Positions 44,171-54,297 of a DNA stretch of 64,000 nt are shown here, one piece after another; positions within the stretch are counted from its first letter, which is position 1; every line of letters begins with the position of its first letter. The DNA is from Chloroflexota bacterium (GTDB taxonomy: Bacteria > Chloroflexota > Anaerolineae > Anaerolineales > Anaerolineaceae), in assembly GCA_023381565.1 (NCBI GenBank), contig JAMCRR010000096.1:61942-125941 (forward strand), written 5' to 3'. Position numbers and translations under genes: made by a program. The notes below the pieces were generated by a model. The model had not been told where the DNA came from. It saw only the letters and a program-made list of their open reading frames with translations, and did no database searches.

Positions 44171-45868
44171 ATGGGTTCAACGCAGATCCTTGATCGATTG
44201 AAAGCCCTACTGATCCGATTCAGCCGTTATCGCTGGATACCGGTAGCAGCCGTTTGCCTGGGGATCTTTGTCGCAAACTTTCTGGTGCAGATCGGGACGA
44301 ACCCGAGCTACCAGCGGATGAACGTCGACAGTGGGGTGTTCGCTTACTGTGGGCAGCAAATCTTGAACGGCGCTTTGTTGTACCGCGACTGCTACGACAA
44401 TAAACCACCGGCTGTATACTACGTCGATGCAGCCGCAATTTCCCTCACCGGCCCGAATACGGGGGGCATATGGCTTTTCCAGGGCGTGTGGATGGCAGTG
44501 GTTGGCATCTTTTTCTTCCTGATCCTGTGCAAGATCTGGGGATTCATCCCAGCCATGTTGTCAGCAGGCATCTTGCTGTTCACTGCCCTGTTCCCAGACT
44601 ATTATCAGAATGGCAATATAACCGAGAGCTACGTTCTCCTGCCGTTAGTTCTGTTGATCGGGGCGCTATACGCCTACCTCAAAACGGAAAAACACCGCTA
44701 TCTGGTAGCGATTGGCCTGCTGACCGCAGCTGCATTCCTGTTCAAGCCAACTTATATCTCGCTGGGTGCATGCTCCGGTTTGGCAGTGGTGATCTACGAT
44801 TTGCGCCACGACGGATCTCATTCAGCATTCCGGCGGGCTGCAGGGCACACCGCGCTGATGGCTGCATCCGGGGCGATTCCCTTGCTCCTGGTGGCTGCTT
44901 ATTGGGCTGCCCGCGGCGGGTTCGGGGACTTATGGTTCGCTGTTTTTACCCATAACAGCCAGTACGTTCAGGGAGGTTTTTCTTTCACATTATTAAAGCA
45001 GACCTTGCTCAAATTCCTGCAAGTCCAACCCCTGGCCGCTCCCTTTGGATTCTGGCTGGCAGCGGTGGGCGTGTTTGCAGTTAAGAGCTGGCGAGAGTTT
45101 CGCCTTAACCGGCGGATCGGTAAATACCAGGGTAGCGCGAACCCCAGCAGCATGACACAGGGTCACATCGCGCGGTGGTATTTGATGCTGGCCGTACTCC
45201 TCTCGGTTCCTATCGAGATAATTTTCATCACCATTTCGGGGAAAGATTTCGGACACTATTACCTCCTGCCCATCCCTGCCTTAGCAGCATCCAGCGGATA
45301 CCTGTTTTTCGAAGTGAGAAGGTCGCTAAGAAAGAGACCAGGAGCAGCGCTGGCAGCATGCGCTGTAGTAGCCGTGATGGCGCTGCCCTGGGCGTATCAG
45401 GTCGTTTCGGTTGAAAGACCACGCCCGGCTGAACTGCTCAGCTTCTGGGAGAACCCGGCAATCACGACTCACACGATGGACGAGCTGGAGCAATACGTGG
45501 TCGACCATAGCCAACCTTCTCAGTCGGTCCTGGTCTGGTCGAACCATCCCAGCATAAACCTGCTGACGAAGCGACATTCCCCCACGCGCTACGTGTTCCC
45601 GGTTCACCTGTTTTCACCCACGCCAACTGGGAGTACAGGTTTTGCCGAATTCCTGGGAGAGCTGGCTAAAGACCCGCCGGAGCTTATCCTGGCCCAGAAG
45701 GAGTCCTCCGTTGGCCTGCCCAGCTTTTGGGCGGAAGATACCGACATCTGCCCGGACTGTTCCGCAGAAGCGCGCCAGGGCATGCTGGCTTTCAAGCAAT
45801 ATACCGAAGCCCACTACGAGTTTGCGACCCAGATTTGGGATTGGTATATTTATCAGCGTGTAAATTAA
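44171..45868 (+). CDS. polytopic GT-C-fold glycosyltransferase-like membrane protein (ArnT/PMT_2-like)
   Basis: It has more than 10 predicted TM helices, an early extracytoplasmic loop with a YRDCYDNKPP motif resembling the GT39/GT83 DxD-like loop, and a soluble C-terminal domain. Confidence 0.55.
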   Translation: MGSTQILDRLKALLIRFSRYRWIPVAAVCLGIFVANFLVQIGTNPSYQRMNVDSGVFAYCGQQILNGALLYRDCYDNKPPAVYYVDAAAISLTGPNTGGIWLFQGVWMAVVGIFFFLILCKIWGFIPAMLSAGILLFTALFPDYYQNGNITESYVLLPLVLLIGALYAYLKTEKHRYLVAIGLLTAAAFLFKPTYISLGACSGLAVVIYDLRHDGSHSAFRRAAGHTALMAASGAIPLLLVAAYWAARGGFGDLWFAVFTHNSQYVQGGFSFTLLKQTLLKFLQVQPLAAPFGFWLAAVGVFAVKSWREFRLNRRIGKYQGSANPSSMTQGHIARWYLMLAVLLSVPIEIIFITISGKDFGHYYLLPIPALAASSGYLFFEVRRSLRKRPGAALAACAVVAVMALPWAYQVVSVERPRPAELLSFWENPAITTHTMDELEQYVVDHSQPSQSVLVWSNHPSINLLTKRHSPTRYVFPVHLFSPTPTGSTGFAEFLGELAKDPPELILAQKESSVGLPSFWAEDTDICPDCSAEARQGMLAFKQYTEAHYEFATQIWDWYIYQRVN

Positions 45869-45925
45869 TTTATCCCCGCCTGTAGGGGAGAAGGCCCATA
45901 GCGATTACACGCGTGGTGCAAGATG

Positions 45926-47497
45926 CTAAGATGCTCCCGTTGGAGGAATATTTTTTTGCTTTCGTAATGCCATGAAGAGGACGAAGCTGATGCTGATCAG
46001 AGAAATCAGAGCCCCAACGATCAGGATTGTGGTATAGCTTGGGTCCGCGTGGTTTACCACGAACCAATTCTCCAGCTTGAATGCAAAAGATGGCATGTGG
46101 TTCGATACGCTTCTGGGTGTCCAGGATTTCAGATTAAGCCATAAATCCTGGCTTCCCGCCAGGAATAGCCCGATAGCGCCGATGCGCAGGATGACCTGGT
46201 TGCGGTGCGGCTGATTGAGCCACCGTTGAAGTTCAATAGCAGCCAGGATCATGATGAAAAAGAACGGCAGGGTAAGAAAGCGGTCGGCGACACGCTCTCC
46301 CGATAAGATGGGGAGAGGGAGATAGCGCACATACCGGTAGATGCGATCGAATGAGAACAGGAATAATCCGGTGAGAGGGAGAATCAGCTCCCAGTAAAGG
46401 ATTTTTCCTTCACGCCCGCGCAGCCAGCGATACAGACCGAAAATGACCATGAAAATCGCTCCCGCCAATCCGACAAACAGGGTTACCTCCCAGGCTTTCA
46501 CTGGTTGGGCGTTCAAGCTGGTGATGATCACCGATCCCGGCTGCATGCGCTCGATCATCGCCTTCCAGATATCTGTAAATGTGAGATAACCGCCAACGTA
46601 GGCGTTGTTGAAGGAACCCAACAGCAAGAATGGCGGTAGGATGCGGAATGCGTTGACCAGGATGCTCAAACCAAGTGTGCCTGCAATCGGTAAGATATAC
46701 CTGCGGTTAGCGAATGCCAGGAAGAATAAAAAGATCAAGGTCCAAACATACTGGTGATAAGCGCCCTGCAGAAGGATAGCCAGCAGCAGGAGAGACATTT
46801 TGGCAATCCATTTCCAACTGTGATCTCCTTCGATGAACGAAATAACCAGTGCGGCGAACCAGGGGAAGAGGAAATAACCTCCCCAGGTCAGGTGCCCGAT
46901 GGATAAATGACCTAAAATCTGGCCGTTGAAATTAAACAACCCAAACAACAGGGTGAAGCTGAACCAGGAAAGTGAATATTTCCGGCGAAACCATAACAGC
47001 CCCAAAAAACCGACAGTATATAGCAGTAGAACATCGACAAGGACGAACTTGCCGATCGACATGAACAGGAGAAGCAGAATTTGAGGGGAGAGGATTTGGT
47101 CGGGAATGGATAAGAAACAATCCGATACACCTCCCAAAGTAAGCGGATCGGAGATGTGTAAGGGGAGAACACCCTGTTTGAGAGCGTCTTGCAGGAATGC
47201 CAACCGTGGTCCGGTAATTTCATACCAATCGTGAAGTGAGAATGGGATAGAACCCCATCGGAGGAAATATCCCCATAGGTAAACACCAACAAGAAATAAA
47301 CAACCCATCCAAATGCGGGTTGGCCAGGGATTTGTCTCCTGAGTACCCGGGTCAAATAAACGACGGGACCAACGGTCGATTCGATCAAAAAAAATATCCA
47401 GGCCGTGATTGAAGTGAATCTGCATCTCAGTCAGTTGGCTCCATGAATATATCGATAAGATGTTTTCCCAGATGATTAATCGCTGGAACCCGGTCAT
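45926..47497 (-). CDS. polytopic integral membrane protein (uncharacterised, possibly GT-C-like)
   Basis: It is 523 aa long with about 12 or more hydrophobic helices. I recognised no catalytic motif. Confidence 0.5.
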   Translation of the reverse strand: MTGFQRLIIWENILSIYSWSQLTEMQIHFNHGLDIFFDRIDRWSRRLFDPGTQETNPWPTRIWMGCLFLVGVYLWGYFLRWGSIPFSLHDWYEITGPRLAFLQDALKQGVLPLHISDPLTLGGVSDCFLSIPDQILSPQILLLLFMSIGKFVLVDVLLLYTVGFLGLLWFRRKYSLSWFSFTLLFGLFNFNGQILGHLSIGHLTWGGYFLFPWFAALVISFIEGDHSWKWIAKMSLLLLAILLQGAYHQYVWTLIFLFFLAFANRRYILPIAGTLGLSILVNAFRILPPFLLLGSFNNAYVGGYLTFTDIWKAMIERMQPGSVIITSLNAQPVKAWEVTLFVGLAGAIFMVIFGLYRWLRGREGKILYWELILPLTGLFLFSFDRIYRYVRYLPLPILSGERVADRFLTLPFFFIMILAAIELQRWLNQPHRNQVILRIGAIGLFLAGSQDLWLNLKSWTPRSVSNHMPSFAFKLENWFVVNHADPSYTTILIVGALISLISISFVLFMALRKQKNIPPTGAS

Positions 47498-47992
47498 TTT
47501 ACCCTGATGCGAACGATTCCGTCAGGGATTTTTAAGAAGGAGAAGATGGGGTCTATAAGTTGTTTCACGGGGTTTTCTTAGCCCTGTTTAATGTAAAGCC
47601 ATCAAATAATATGATATAAAACATCTGTAAAGTGCAAGATATTTTCATCATTTCGTTATGTTATGGATGGAATTGAGCACAAAAAAACAGGGGACCAGCA
47701 AGTTTTCAAATTTTCCTGAAGCGCGCTTCTGTTGGATTCGACAGGGCACAAAATTAACCACACATTCAAAGAGACGATGGGAAGGCCAGCCATCCTGACC
47801 CTATCCTGTTCTGCTTACAGGCAAAATTGGTCTTGAACCTGGCCGAATTTTCTCTTGAAAGGAGTCAAGGACCACAAATTGAAGAACAAGTCTCCCCCAA
47901 AAGGAGCAGCTAACTCTGGGATGGGTGAGATCTCTCCCGTGAGAGATCAGTCTGTATCAATATTAACAGATGAAGAAAAGGAGAAGTGATTA

Positions 47993-49825
47993 ATGTTAGT
48001 CAAGATCTATTTAGCTGCAGTCATGATGGCCAGTCTGGCAGGCGCCGGATCTATGGCATCAGCCTCGAAGACAACTTATGATATCAACACGCTTGCAGGG
48101 AAAGTAGCTTCTTTGAATGGTACTGCCGGACTGCAAATTCGATTCTCTGGTTATGTCGAGCAAGAAGCACAGGTAGAAAGCGGGTCTTCTTCCGTGCCCG
48201 CCGCTCCAATCTCTCCGACGTTTGTCCTCTCCAGCCCCCTGGACGAGACTACCGTTGTACCCCCGGATGTGACCGTTAACCAAGACACCATGGCAGCCCC
48301 CCAGAACGAGACAGCAATTGCCGTGGATCCGAACAATCCTGACCGGCTCGTGGCCGGAGCGAATGATTACGTACCGCGGACCTGGAGCTGCGTGGTTGAT
48401 GGTGTACCCTGCAGCGCTTTGGGCGACGGCTACTCGGGGACCTATTTCTCGAATGACGGTGGGGAGCACTGGTGCTGCACCTCTACCGATCCCCAGCATC
48501 TGGGAACACTCGTACCGGGTATTGAGAAACTGGCAGGCGGCATCTATGACGCTGGCGGCGACCCCGCAGTAGCCTTCGATTCACGCGGAAATGCGTACTA
48601 TGCCGGTTTGGGTTTCGACCGCACCGCCCCTCCGAACACGGTCACCCTAAGCAAAGGAACCTTCAACGCCTCAGGCGACCTCGTTTGGGGCTCTCCAACT
48701 TTCATCGACCAGACTACCTCTCCAGCCATCTTCAACGATAAAGAATGGCTTGCGGTAGATTCTTATGTAAACAGCCCCTTCAGGGATCGAGTATACGTGA
48801 CCTTTACGCGCTTCATCTTCAATCCACATACGGGCGCTTACGTACAGTCACCGATAGCCATTGCTAACTCAACAGATGGCGGTAAGACTTTCAGTAAACC
48901 TCGCCTCATTGTGGGGAATGTTTTATATGACCAGGGCTCTCGTCCAGTAGTTGCCCCTGATGGAACTCTATACGTCTTCTTTGAGGGAGCTACCCGCCTG
49001 GCCACGCTTAATAGCACGTATGTGGTGAAATCTACCGATGGGGGAGTAACTTTCAGCAAACCGATAGCCATATCGCAGTTGGTTGATATTTCTCCACTCC
49101 CGAACACACTTTTCCGGGTCAACAGCTTCCCGGCGGCGGCAGTCGCGCCGAATGGCGACGTATACGTGACCTGGAATACACTTGTAGACAACAGCACGGG
49201 GAAACTATGCTCGACATTCACCTATAATGGCTGCCATTCCGCTGCTGTTTACAGCATGTCAACCGATGGCGGCATGACCTGGAGCCCATTCCAGCTCGAT
49301 TTTCCGGCGGTCGACGCCTCGACGCAGACAGCCGAGGGTTATCCGGTCAAGCAGCCAGACGGGAGCATGCTCAATGCGCCTGCGACTCTTCTACGTGTCG
49401 ACCAGGTCTTCCCTGCAGTAGCAGTGTCCCCTTCGGGGAAGGTCTACATGTCTGCTTACATCGCTGATTTCGTTTCGCCCTGGCAAACTTGCCAAACACC
49501 GGCATCTCCAACATCAGTCGGACGCATTGATTGCCTGACGTTGGGTAAATTTATCGATAATGCTCGCCTGGATTACGAAGTGAGCGATCTCACATCCAAT
49601 GTAGCCAGTACTGTCACGACTCATCACATCAATACCCAGTATGGGTTTGGAGGTGGGTTCTTTGGCGATTACACCGACATCGCCGTGGGTTCAAACAACG
49701 TATTCCACGCCTTCTGGACGGATTCGAACAACCAGCAGGATGTCATCTGGTTCTATGGTTATGAATTTGCCGCCGGCACAAAGACCAACCAGCAGGATGT
49801 GGTTGTTTATAACGGGGGTTACTAG
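47993..49825 (+). CDS. secreted BNR/Asp-box repeat (sialidase-like) protein
   Basis: It has a signal-peptide-like N-terminus (MLVKIYLAAVMMASLAGAGSMASA) and Asp-boxes SNDGGEHW, STDGGKTF, STDGGVTF and STDGGMTW. An AAGGAG SD precedes the start. Confidence 0.75.
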   Translation: MLVKIYLAAVMMASLAGAGSMASASKTTYDINTLAGKVASLNGTAGLQIRFSGYVEQEAQVESGSSSVPAAPISPTFVLSSPLDETTVVPPDVTVNQDTMAAPQNETAIAVDPNNPDRLVAGANDYVPRTWSCVVDGVPCSALGDGYSGTYFSNDGGEHWCCTSTDPQHLGTLVPGIEKLAGGIYDAGGDPAVAFDSRGNAYYAGLGFDRTAPPNTVTLSKGTFNASGDLVWGSPTFIDQTTSPAIFNDKEWLAVDSYVNSPFRDRVYVTFTRFIFNPHTGAYVQSPIAIANSTDGGKTFSKPRLIVGNVLYDQGSRPVVAPDGTLYVFFEGATRLATLNSTYVVKSTDGGVTFSKPIAISQLVDISPLPNTLFRVNSFPAAAVAPNGDVYVTWNTLVDNSTGKLCSTFTYNGCHSAAVYSMSTDGGMTWSPFQLDFPAVDASTQTAEGYPVKQPDGSMLNAPATLLRVDQVFPAVAVSPSGKVYMSAYIADFVSPWQTCQTPASPTSVGRIDCLTLGKFIDNARLDYEVSDLTSNVASTVTTHHINTQYGFGGGFFGDYTDIAVGSNNVFHAFWTDSNNQQDVIWFYGYEFAAGTKTNQQDVVVYNGGY

Positions 49826-49857
49826 CGATAAGCTCCTATTGAAAATCAATGATCTAT

Positions 49858-49890
49858 CCCTCCGGCTGATTTCAGCCGGAGGGTCTTTTT
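49858..49890 (+). terminator. rho-independent terminator
   Basis: A perfect 12-nt inverted repeat CCCTCCGGCTGA / TCAGCCGGAGGG is followed by TCTTTTT. Confidence 0.85.
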
Positions 49891-50016
49891 CCCTCAAATT
49901 AACTGTATAATTAAGATAATCATCATAGTGAATAAGGGCGGGAGATTAGGTATTGATATTGGGCTTAGGCATGTAGAGCATTCTCCGCACTTTGGAACAA
50001 AGATCGAAATTTAAGA

Positions 50017-51043
50017 ATGGATAAAAGAGGCGATATTTCCTCGTTACACATACTCGACTATGCTTATGCCGTGATCGTGACTACCGCATCAGACGGGTGA
50101 TCAAGAGCAATCATGAGAAGTTAATCACAGATCGCGTAGAACGATAAAGCGCAGTTATGAAGGAGTTCAGCAGTGATTGACCAGGAATTTCGCAATAAAG
50201 TTGATGAATTTCGCGACCGAATTGCTCAAATTTAGCAACAAAAGAACCGCGAAATCTCGAACGACCCAGTCTATCAAGAGCTATACAAATCCTTCAATGA
50301 TGTACTGGAGCAGCTGTGGGTTGCCAAAGATAAACTTCGCCAGGAAAATGAAGAAGTGATGCTCGTGCGGAAATCACTAGAGGAAGAGTGGAGTCGCTAT
50401 CAAAAACTATTCGAGACTGCCCCCGACGGGATGTTCATAACCGATCTAAAAGGGATCATTCGGGTAGCGAACCATGATGCAGAGGACCTGTTGGGTTTGC
50501 CCCAACAGAAGCTGACGGGAAAATCCCTGGGTTCTTTCATGGAGGAGTCAAACCGCAGTGAATTCCGCAGGCAACTTCAAGCGCTAACCCAGATTGATGA
50601 ATTGCGTGAATTTGATTGCCGTTTACATACTGCCAGAGGTCTCCCAATCGACGTCTCACTGTCGGCCAGCATCTTCCGGTCCCCGGATGGTGCTGCGCCA
50701 GGCGTTCGCTGGCTATTACGAGATATCACTCAACAAAAGATCTCCCAACGCATCCTGGAGGATAGCGAAGCTCGCTTCCGCACCATCTTTGAGCAGGCTG
50801 GCCTGGGGATCGAACTGATCTCCCTCAAGGGGCGGATTATCGAAAGCAATTCTGCGCTGCAAGAAATGCTAGGTTGACGGCCGGGGGTTCAAAGTCCCAG
50901 ACTGGTGGATCGAGCTGGTGAGAGAGGGCCACTTTGGCTTGGCCGGCGCAGCTGAAAGGGCTGAGGGTTTAGGCGGCCACCTGAAAGTTACTTCTCGAAT
51001 AGGCCAGGGGACTGTTGGACGGGTGGACATTCCGCGTAATTAA
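50017..51043 (+). pseudogene. decayed multi-PAS sensor histidine kinase (frameshift, in-frame stops, internal deletion)
   Basis: Several fragments point to one decayed gene. A PAS-like fragment (ILDYAYAVIVTTASDG) ends at TGA 50098 and continues in the +1 frame (VIKSNHEKLITD). A GTG 50173 ORF with an SD is interrupted by TAG at 50233-35 in a coiled-coil segment. One full PAS domain and the start of a second end at 50877. A HATPase_c C-terminal remnant lies in another frame (GHFGLAGAAERAEGLGGHLKVTSRIGQGTVGRVDIP, 50927-51043). No HisKA domain remains. Confidence 0.6.
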
Positions 51044-51069
51044 TCAGGACAGATGGACGGTCATCACGC

Positions 51070-51681
51070 TTATCGAGATGCGATATTCACAATAAAAACA
51101 CAATCCGGAGCATGATTTATCTCTACCTGCGCAATTTGAGTAACCCCAGCCTCGACCAACTGCGACAAGATACGGGCATCAAGTTCGCACAGTTCCGCAT
51201 GCTGAGGAACCAGGGCAGCATAGGGGCAATGATGAAGGTAAATGCGCGGCCCGGCCGTGTGGGCTTCCCAACGCGCCTGGTAAAAAGAGGCATTGAGGTG
51301 CCGAATTGCGAGGGTCAGCCTCTGAGCCAGGCTGTGGTTAACTCCATTTGGGACTGGCGCCATATGCCTGGCCAATTCATCCAGGTGTGAGTGGTAGGCT
51401 CTTTCATCCCTAGGGATTTTAATCTCATCCAGCAGGGCGCTGGCTAGAGCAACCAGGTTATGATCGCGTGCAGGCAGTGCCAGGCTCCAGCAGGTTTGCG
51501 GGCGGCCGCGCTTTTCGGAGGTGCGTACCCTGAAAGGGGTAACCAGATTCTGGTCGCGCAATGCTGCCAGGTGGTACCTGATATCGGCCGGAGTCACCAT
51601 TAATGCTCTACTGATCAGGCTGACTGTGGAAGAAGAGTGAGTTTTAAGATATTCAAGGATACGCCGGCGGGTGGGGTGCAT
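51070..51681 (-). CDS. ArsR/SufR-like winged-helix transcriptional regulator with Cys-containing C-terminal domain
   Basis: It has an N-terminal wHTH (RRRILEYLKTHSSSTVSLISRALMVTPADIRYHLAALRDQNLV). The C-terminal sequence HHCPYAALVPQHAELC (C-X12-C) plus a third Cys is reminiscent of SufR-type Fe-S sensing regulators. Confidence 0.6.
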   Translation of the reverse strand: MHPTRRRILEYLKTHSSSTVSLISRALMVTPADIRYHLAALRDQNLVTPFRVRTSEKRGRPQTCWSLALPARDHNLVALASALLDEIKIPRDERAYHSHLDELARHMAPVPNGVNHSLAQRLTLAIRHLNASFYQARWEAHTAGPRIYLHHCPYAALVPQHAELCELDARILSQLVEAGVTQIAQVEINHAPDCVFIVNIASR

Positions 51682-51745
51682 TGGACATTCGCGATCGAAT
51701 AGAAAAGCATTTTTAGGCTGACATCATTATAAGGCATCGGATGAA

Positions 51746-51769
51746 TTATGCAAAGGATTCTTTGCATAA
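51746..51769. promoter_or_regulatory. perfect 10-4-10 palindrome (candidate operator)
   Basis: The palindrome TTATGCAAAG-GATT-CTTTGCATAA lies 8 nt upstream of the -35 element of the nuoB promoter candidate, in the divergent intergenic region next to the HTH regulator. Confidence 0.55.
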
Positions 51770-51776
51770 ATCCTTC

Positions 51777-51804
51777 TTGACAGGTCCTTTTGAAGTGATA
51801 CAAT
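51777..51804 (+). promoter_or_regulatory. sigma-70-like promoter candidate for nuoB operon (TTGACA-16 nt-TACAAT)
   Basis: A consensus -35 TTGACA lies at 51777-82 and a -10 TACAAT at 51799-804, about 48 nt before the nuoB ATG. Confidence 0.55.
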
Positions 51805-51852
51805 TATGTCCTAACCTGCACTCCTGGATCTCTGAAGAAAAGGCTAATACCC

Positions 51853-52515
51853 ATGGATGATGAATTAAAAAAACCTGGCATTGACATTCCAATCGAAGTT
51901 GAAAACCAGGTCACAGTTACAACACTGGATAGGATTTACAATTGGAGCCGGCGCAACTCGCTCTGGCCAATGATGTTCGGGTTGGCTTGCTGCGCCTTCG
52001 AGATGATTTGCACGGCTGCCAGCCGTTATGATTTTTCTCGCTTCGGCATGGAAGTCATGCGCCCCAGCCCGCGCCAGGCAGATGTGATGATCGTATCGGG
52101 CACCGTCACCAAGAAAATGGTGCCGCAGATCGTGCGGTTGTACAATCAAATTCCGGAGCCAAAATACGTGGTTGCCATGGGCGCCTGCGCTTCAGGAGGG
52201 GGACCATTTAAAGAAGGGTACAGCGTGGTCCCTGGAATCGACAAGTTTATCCCTGTTGATGTTTATATCCCCGGATGCCCGCCTACACCCCAGGCGCTTC
52301 TCAACGGCTTGATTACCCTGCAGAAAAAAGTCGACCACGAATCGATCAAAAAGGTGCGCTGGTATCAGAAGGCCGAAATCCCAGCCATCCCGATCCCCGT
52401 TCTAGGGCCGGATCTGATGGATCCGCGTAAATTTGATCTGATCCGGGAAGAAACTCAGCGCCCTGAACCGGAACCTGAAGCAGAAACAACAATTACTGCA
52501 GATCCGACTGCCTGA
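51853..52515 (+). CDS. nuoB: NADH-quinone oxidoreductase subunit B (N2 cluster subunit) with extended acidic/Pro C-terminal tail
   Basis: It carries the motifs [24 protein letters not shown] and IPGCPP. A C-terminal extension of about 55 aa contains PEPEPEAE. Confidence 0.9.
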   Translation: MDDELKKPGIDIPIEVENQVTVTTLDRIYNWSRRNSLWPMMFGLACCAFEMICTAASRYDFSRFGMEVMRPSPRQADVMIVSGTVTKKMVPQIVRLYNQIPEPKYVVAMGACASGGGPFKEGYSVVPGIDKFIPVDVYIPGCPPTPQALLNGLITLQKKVDHESIKKVRWYQKAEIPAIPIPVLGPDLMDPRKFDLIREETQRPEPEPEAETTITADPTA

Positions 52516-52528
52516 GAGGAGTCTCGCA

Positions 52529-54265
52529 TTGACCGAACAATTTGCACTCAAGGAATCGCTGGATCTGGCCACCCGTTTCCCAGAAGCGGTCACCCCTGAC
52601 ACTCGACCGGGCTATCAGGGGTATATCGTCTCGGCAAGCCATTTGCTGGAGGTGTTCCAGACACTGAAAGACGAATACGGCTACGATTACTGCGCTTCGG
52701 TCACAGGGGTGGATTATTATCCTCAGGATTTGATGGAAGTGGTCTACCATCTATCGAAAATGATCGGGGGCGGTCCCCTCAACCTGAAAGTACAGGTTCC
52801 CCGGACTGATCCGGTCGTACCCTCTTTAGTCCCTCTCTACCCGGGAGCAGAATTCCAGGAGCGTGAAATCTGGGACCTTTTCGGCATCCGCTTTGAAGGT
52901 CATCCAGACCTACGCCGAATACTCCTGTGGGAAGGATTTGCCGGACACCCGCTGCGTAAAGACTGGAAAGAGCCCTTTTTCGAGGAAGATAACAAACCAT
53001 TCAAAAGCCGTTGGCCCGATGGCAAGCTCAGTTCTAAAGAAGATACAAATCCGTTTAACGATAATGTTCAATATCCGGCCGGGTTCAATCCGGATAGCTG
53101 GAGCCCTGAAGCAGATACCGCTCTGTATGCTGGGTTGAGCCGAATTCCCTCGATTTCTGAGCTGAAGACCGACCAGATGATTGTCAACCTGGGTCCCCAG
53201 CACCCCTCAACGCACGGCGTTTTCCGCATGGTTGTTTCCTTAGATGGAGAAACAATTCGCGGATTGAAACCGGTGATCGGATATTTGCACCGCAATCATG
53301 AAAAAATTGGTGAGCGCAACACTTTCCTGGGAAATATGCCCTTCACCGACCGCTTGGATTACATTACTTCGATGAGCAACAATTTCGGTTACGCGTTGGC
53401 GGTCGAAAAATTGATGAATATCCAGCCACCGGAACGGGCAGAATACCTGCGTGTGATAATGGCTGAGCTGACCAGGATTAACAGCCACCTGGTTGCCACC
53501 GGCTTTGTCTTGAACGATTTGGGCGCCTTTTTCACCCCCATGCTTTATGCCCTGGAGGAACGCGAGCTGATCCTGGACATCTTCGAAGCCACTTCCGGAT
53601 CACGCATGATGTGCAATTATCTCCGCTTTGGAGGCGTGGCGCGAGATTTGCCCGAGGGGGTCCTCGAGAAAATTCGTTTGCTGGTAGATGAGCGCCTGCC
53701 GCGTAAGATGGACGAGCTGGAAGCCTATCTGGTCGATAACGAAATAGTCCGAAACCGCTGCGAAGGGGTAGGGGTGCTGACTCCCGATCAAGCTGTGGCG
53801 AATTCCGCTTCGGGGCCTATCCTGCGTTCTTCAGGGGTTCCCTACGACCTTCGGCGAGCAGACCCATACAGCATCTACGACCGGTTTGATTTCAATGTAG
53901 CCGTCCGGTATCATGGGGATGTTTATGACCGGTTCCTTTTGCGATTGGATGAAATCCGCGAGAGCATAAAAATCTTGCATCAGGCAGTGCGAGATATCCC
54001 CGACGGATCTATCCAGACCGGAAAGCCTCAGTATACGGTGCGCGTCCCGGCAGGGGAGGCGTACGGCAGGGTAGAAGGCCCGAAAGGAGAACTGGGCTTC
54101 TACATCATCTCGACCGGGAAACCAAATCCCTGGCGGTATCATGTGCGCGCTCCCTCTTTTATCAACCTGACCAGTCTGGCGCAGATGTCTATCGGGCGGA
54201 AGATAGCCGATGTAGTTGTTATTCTGGGAGCCGTGGATATCGTCCTGGGCGAGGTCGATCGTTAG
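52529..54265 (+). CDS. nuoCD: fused NADH-quinone oxidoreductase subunits C and D
   Basis: The NuoC part has [23 protein letters not shown]. The NuoD part has [17 protein letters not shown] and ends in DIVLGEVDR. No NiFe CxxC motifs are present, so it is not a hydrogenase large subunit. The start is TTG. Confidence 0.9.
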   Translation: MTEQFALKESLDLATRFPEAVTPDTRPGYQGYIVSASHLLEVFQTLKDEYGYDYCASVTGVDYYPQDLMEVVYHLSKMIGGGPLNLKVQVPRTDPVVPSLVPLYPGAEFQEREIWDLFGIRFEGHPDLRRILLWEGFAGHPLRKDWKEPFFEEDNKPFKSRWPDGKLSSKEDTNPFNDNVQYPAGFNPDSWSPEADTALYAGLSRIPSISELKTDQMIVNLGPQHPSTHGVFRMVVSLDGETIRGLKPVIGYLHRNHEKIGERNTFLGNMPFTDRLDYITSMSNNFGYALAVEKLMNIQPPERAEYLRVIMAELTRINSHLVATGFVLNDLGAFFTPMLYALEERELILDIFEATSGSRMMCNYLRFGGVARDLPEGVLEKIRLLVDERLPRKMDELEAYLVDNEIVRNRCEGVGVLTPDQAVANSASGPILRSSGVPYDLRRADPYSIYDRFDFNVAVRYHGDVYDRFLLRLDEIRESIKILHQAVRDIPDGSIQTGKPQYTVRVPAGEAYGRVEGPKGELGFYIISTGKPNPWRYHVRAPSFINLTSLAQMSIGRKIADVVVILGAVDIVLGEVDR

Positions 54266-54297
54266 AAGAAAGCCGATGATGGATTGAGGAGTACACA

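Noticed and set aside
50356-50877. A 173-aa PAS-domain ORF could be called an intact stand-alone gene.
   Set aside because: Its reading frame continues upstream through a TAG to a good SD/GTG at 50173. It ends in the middle of a second PAS domain, and a kinase ATPase-domain remnant follows in another frame. It is best explained as part of a pseudogene.
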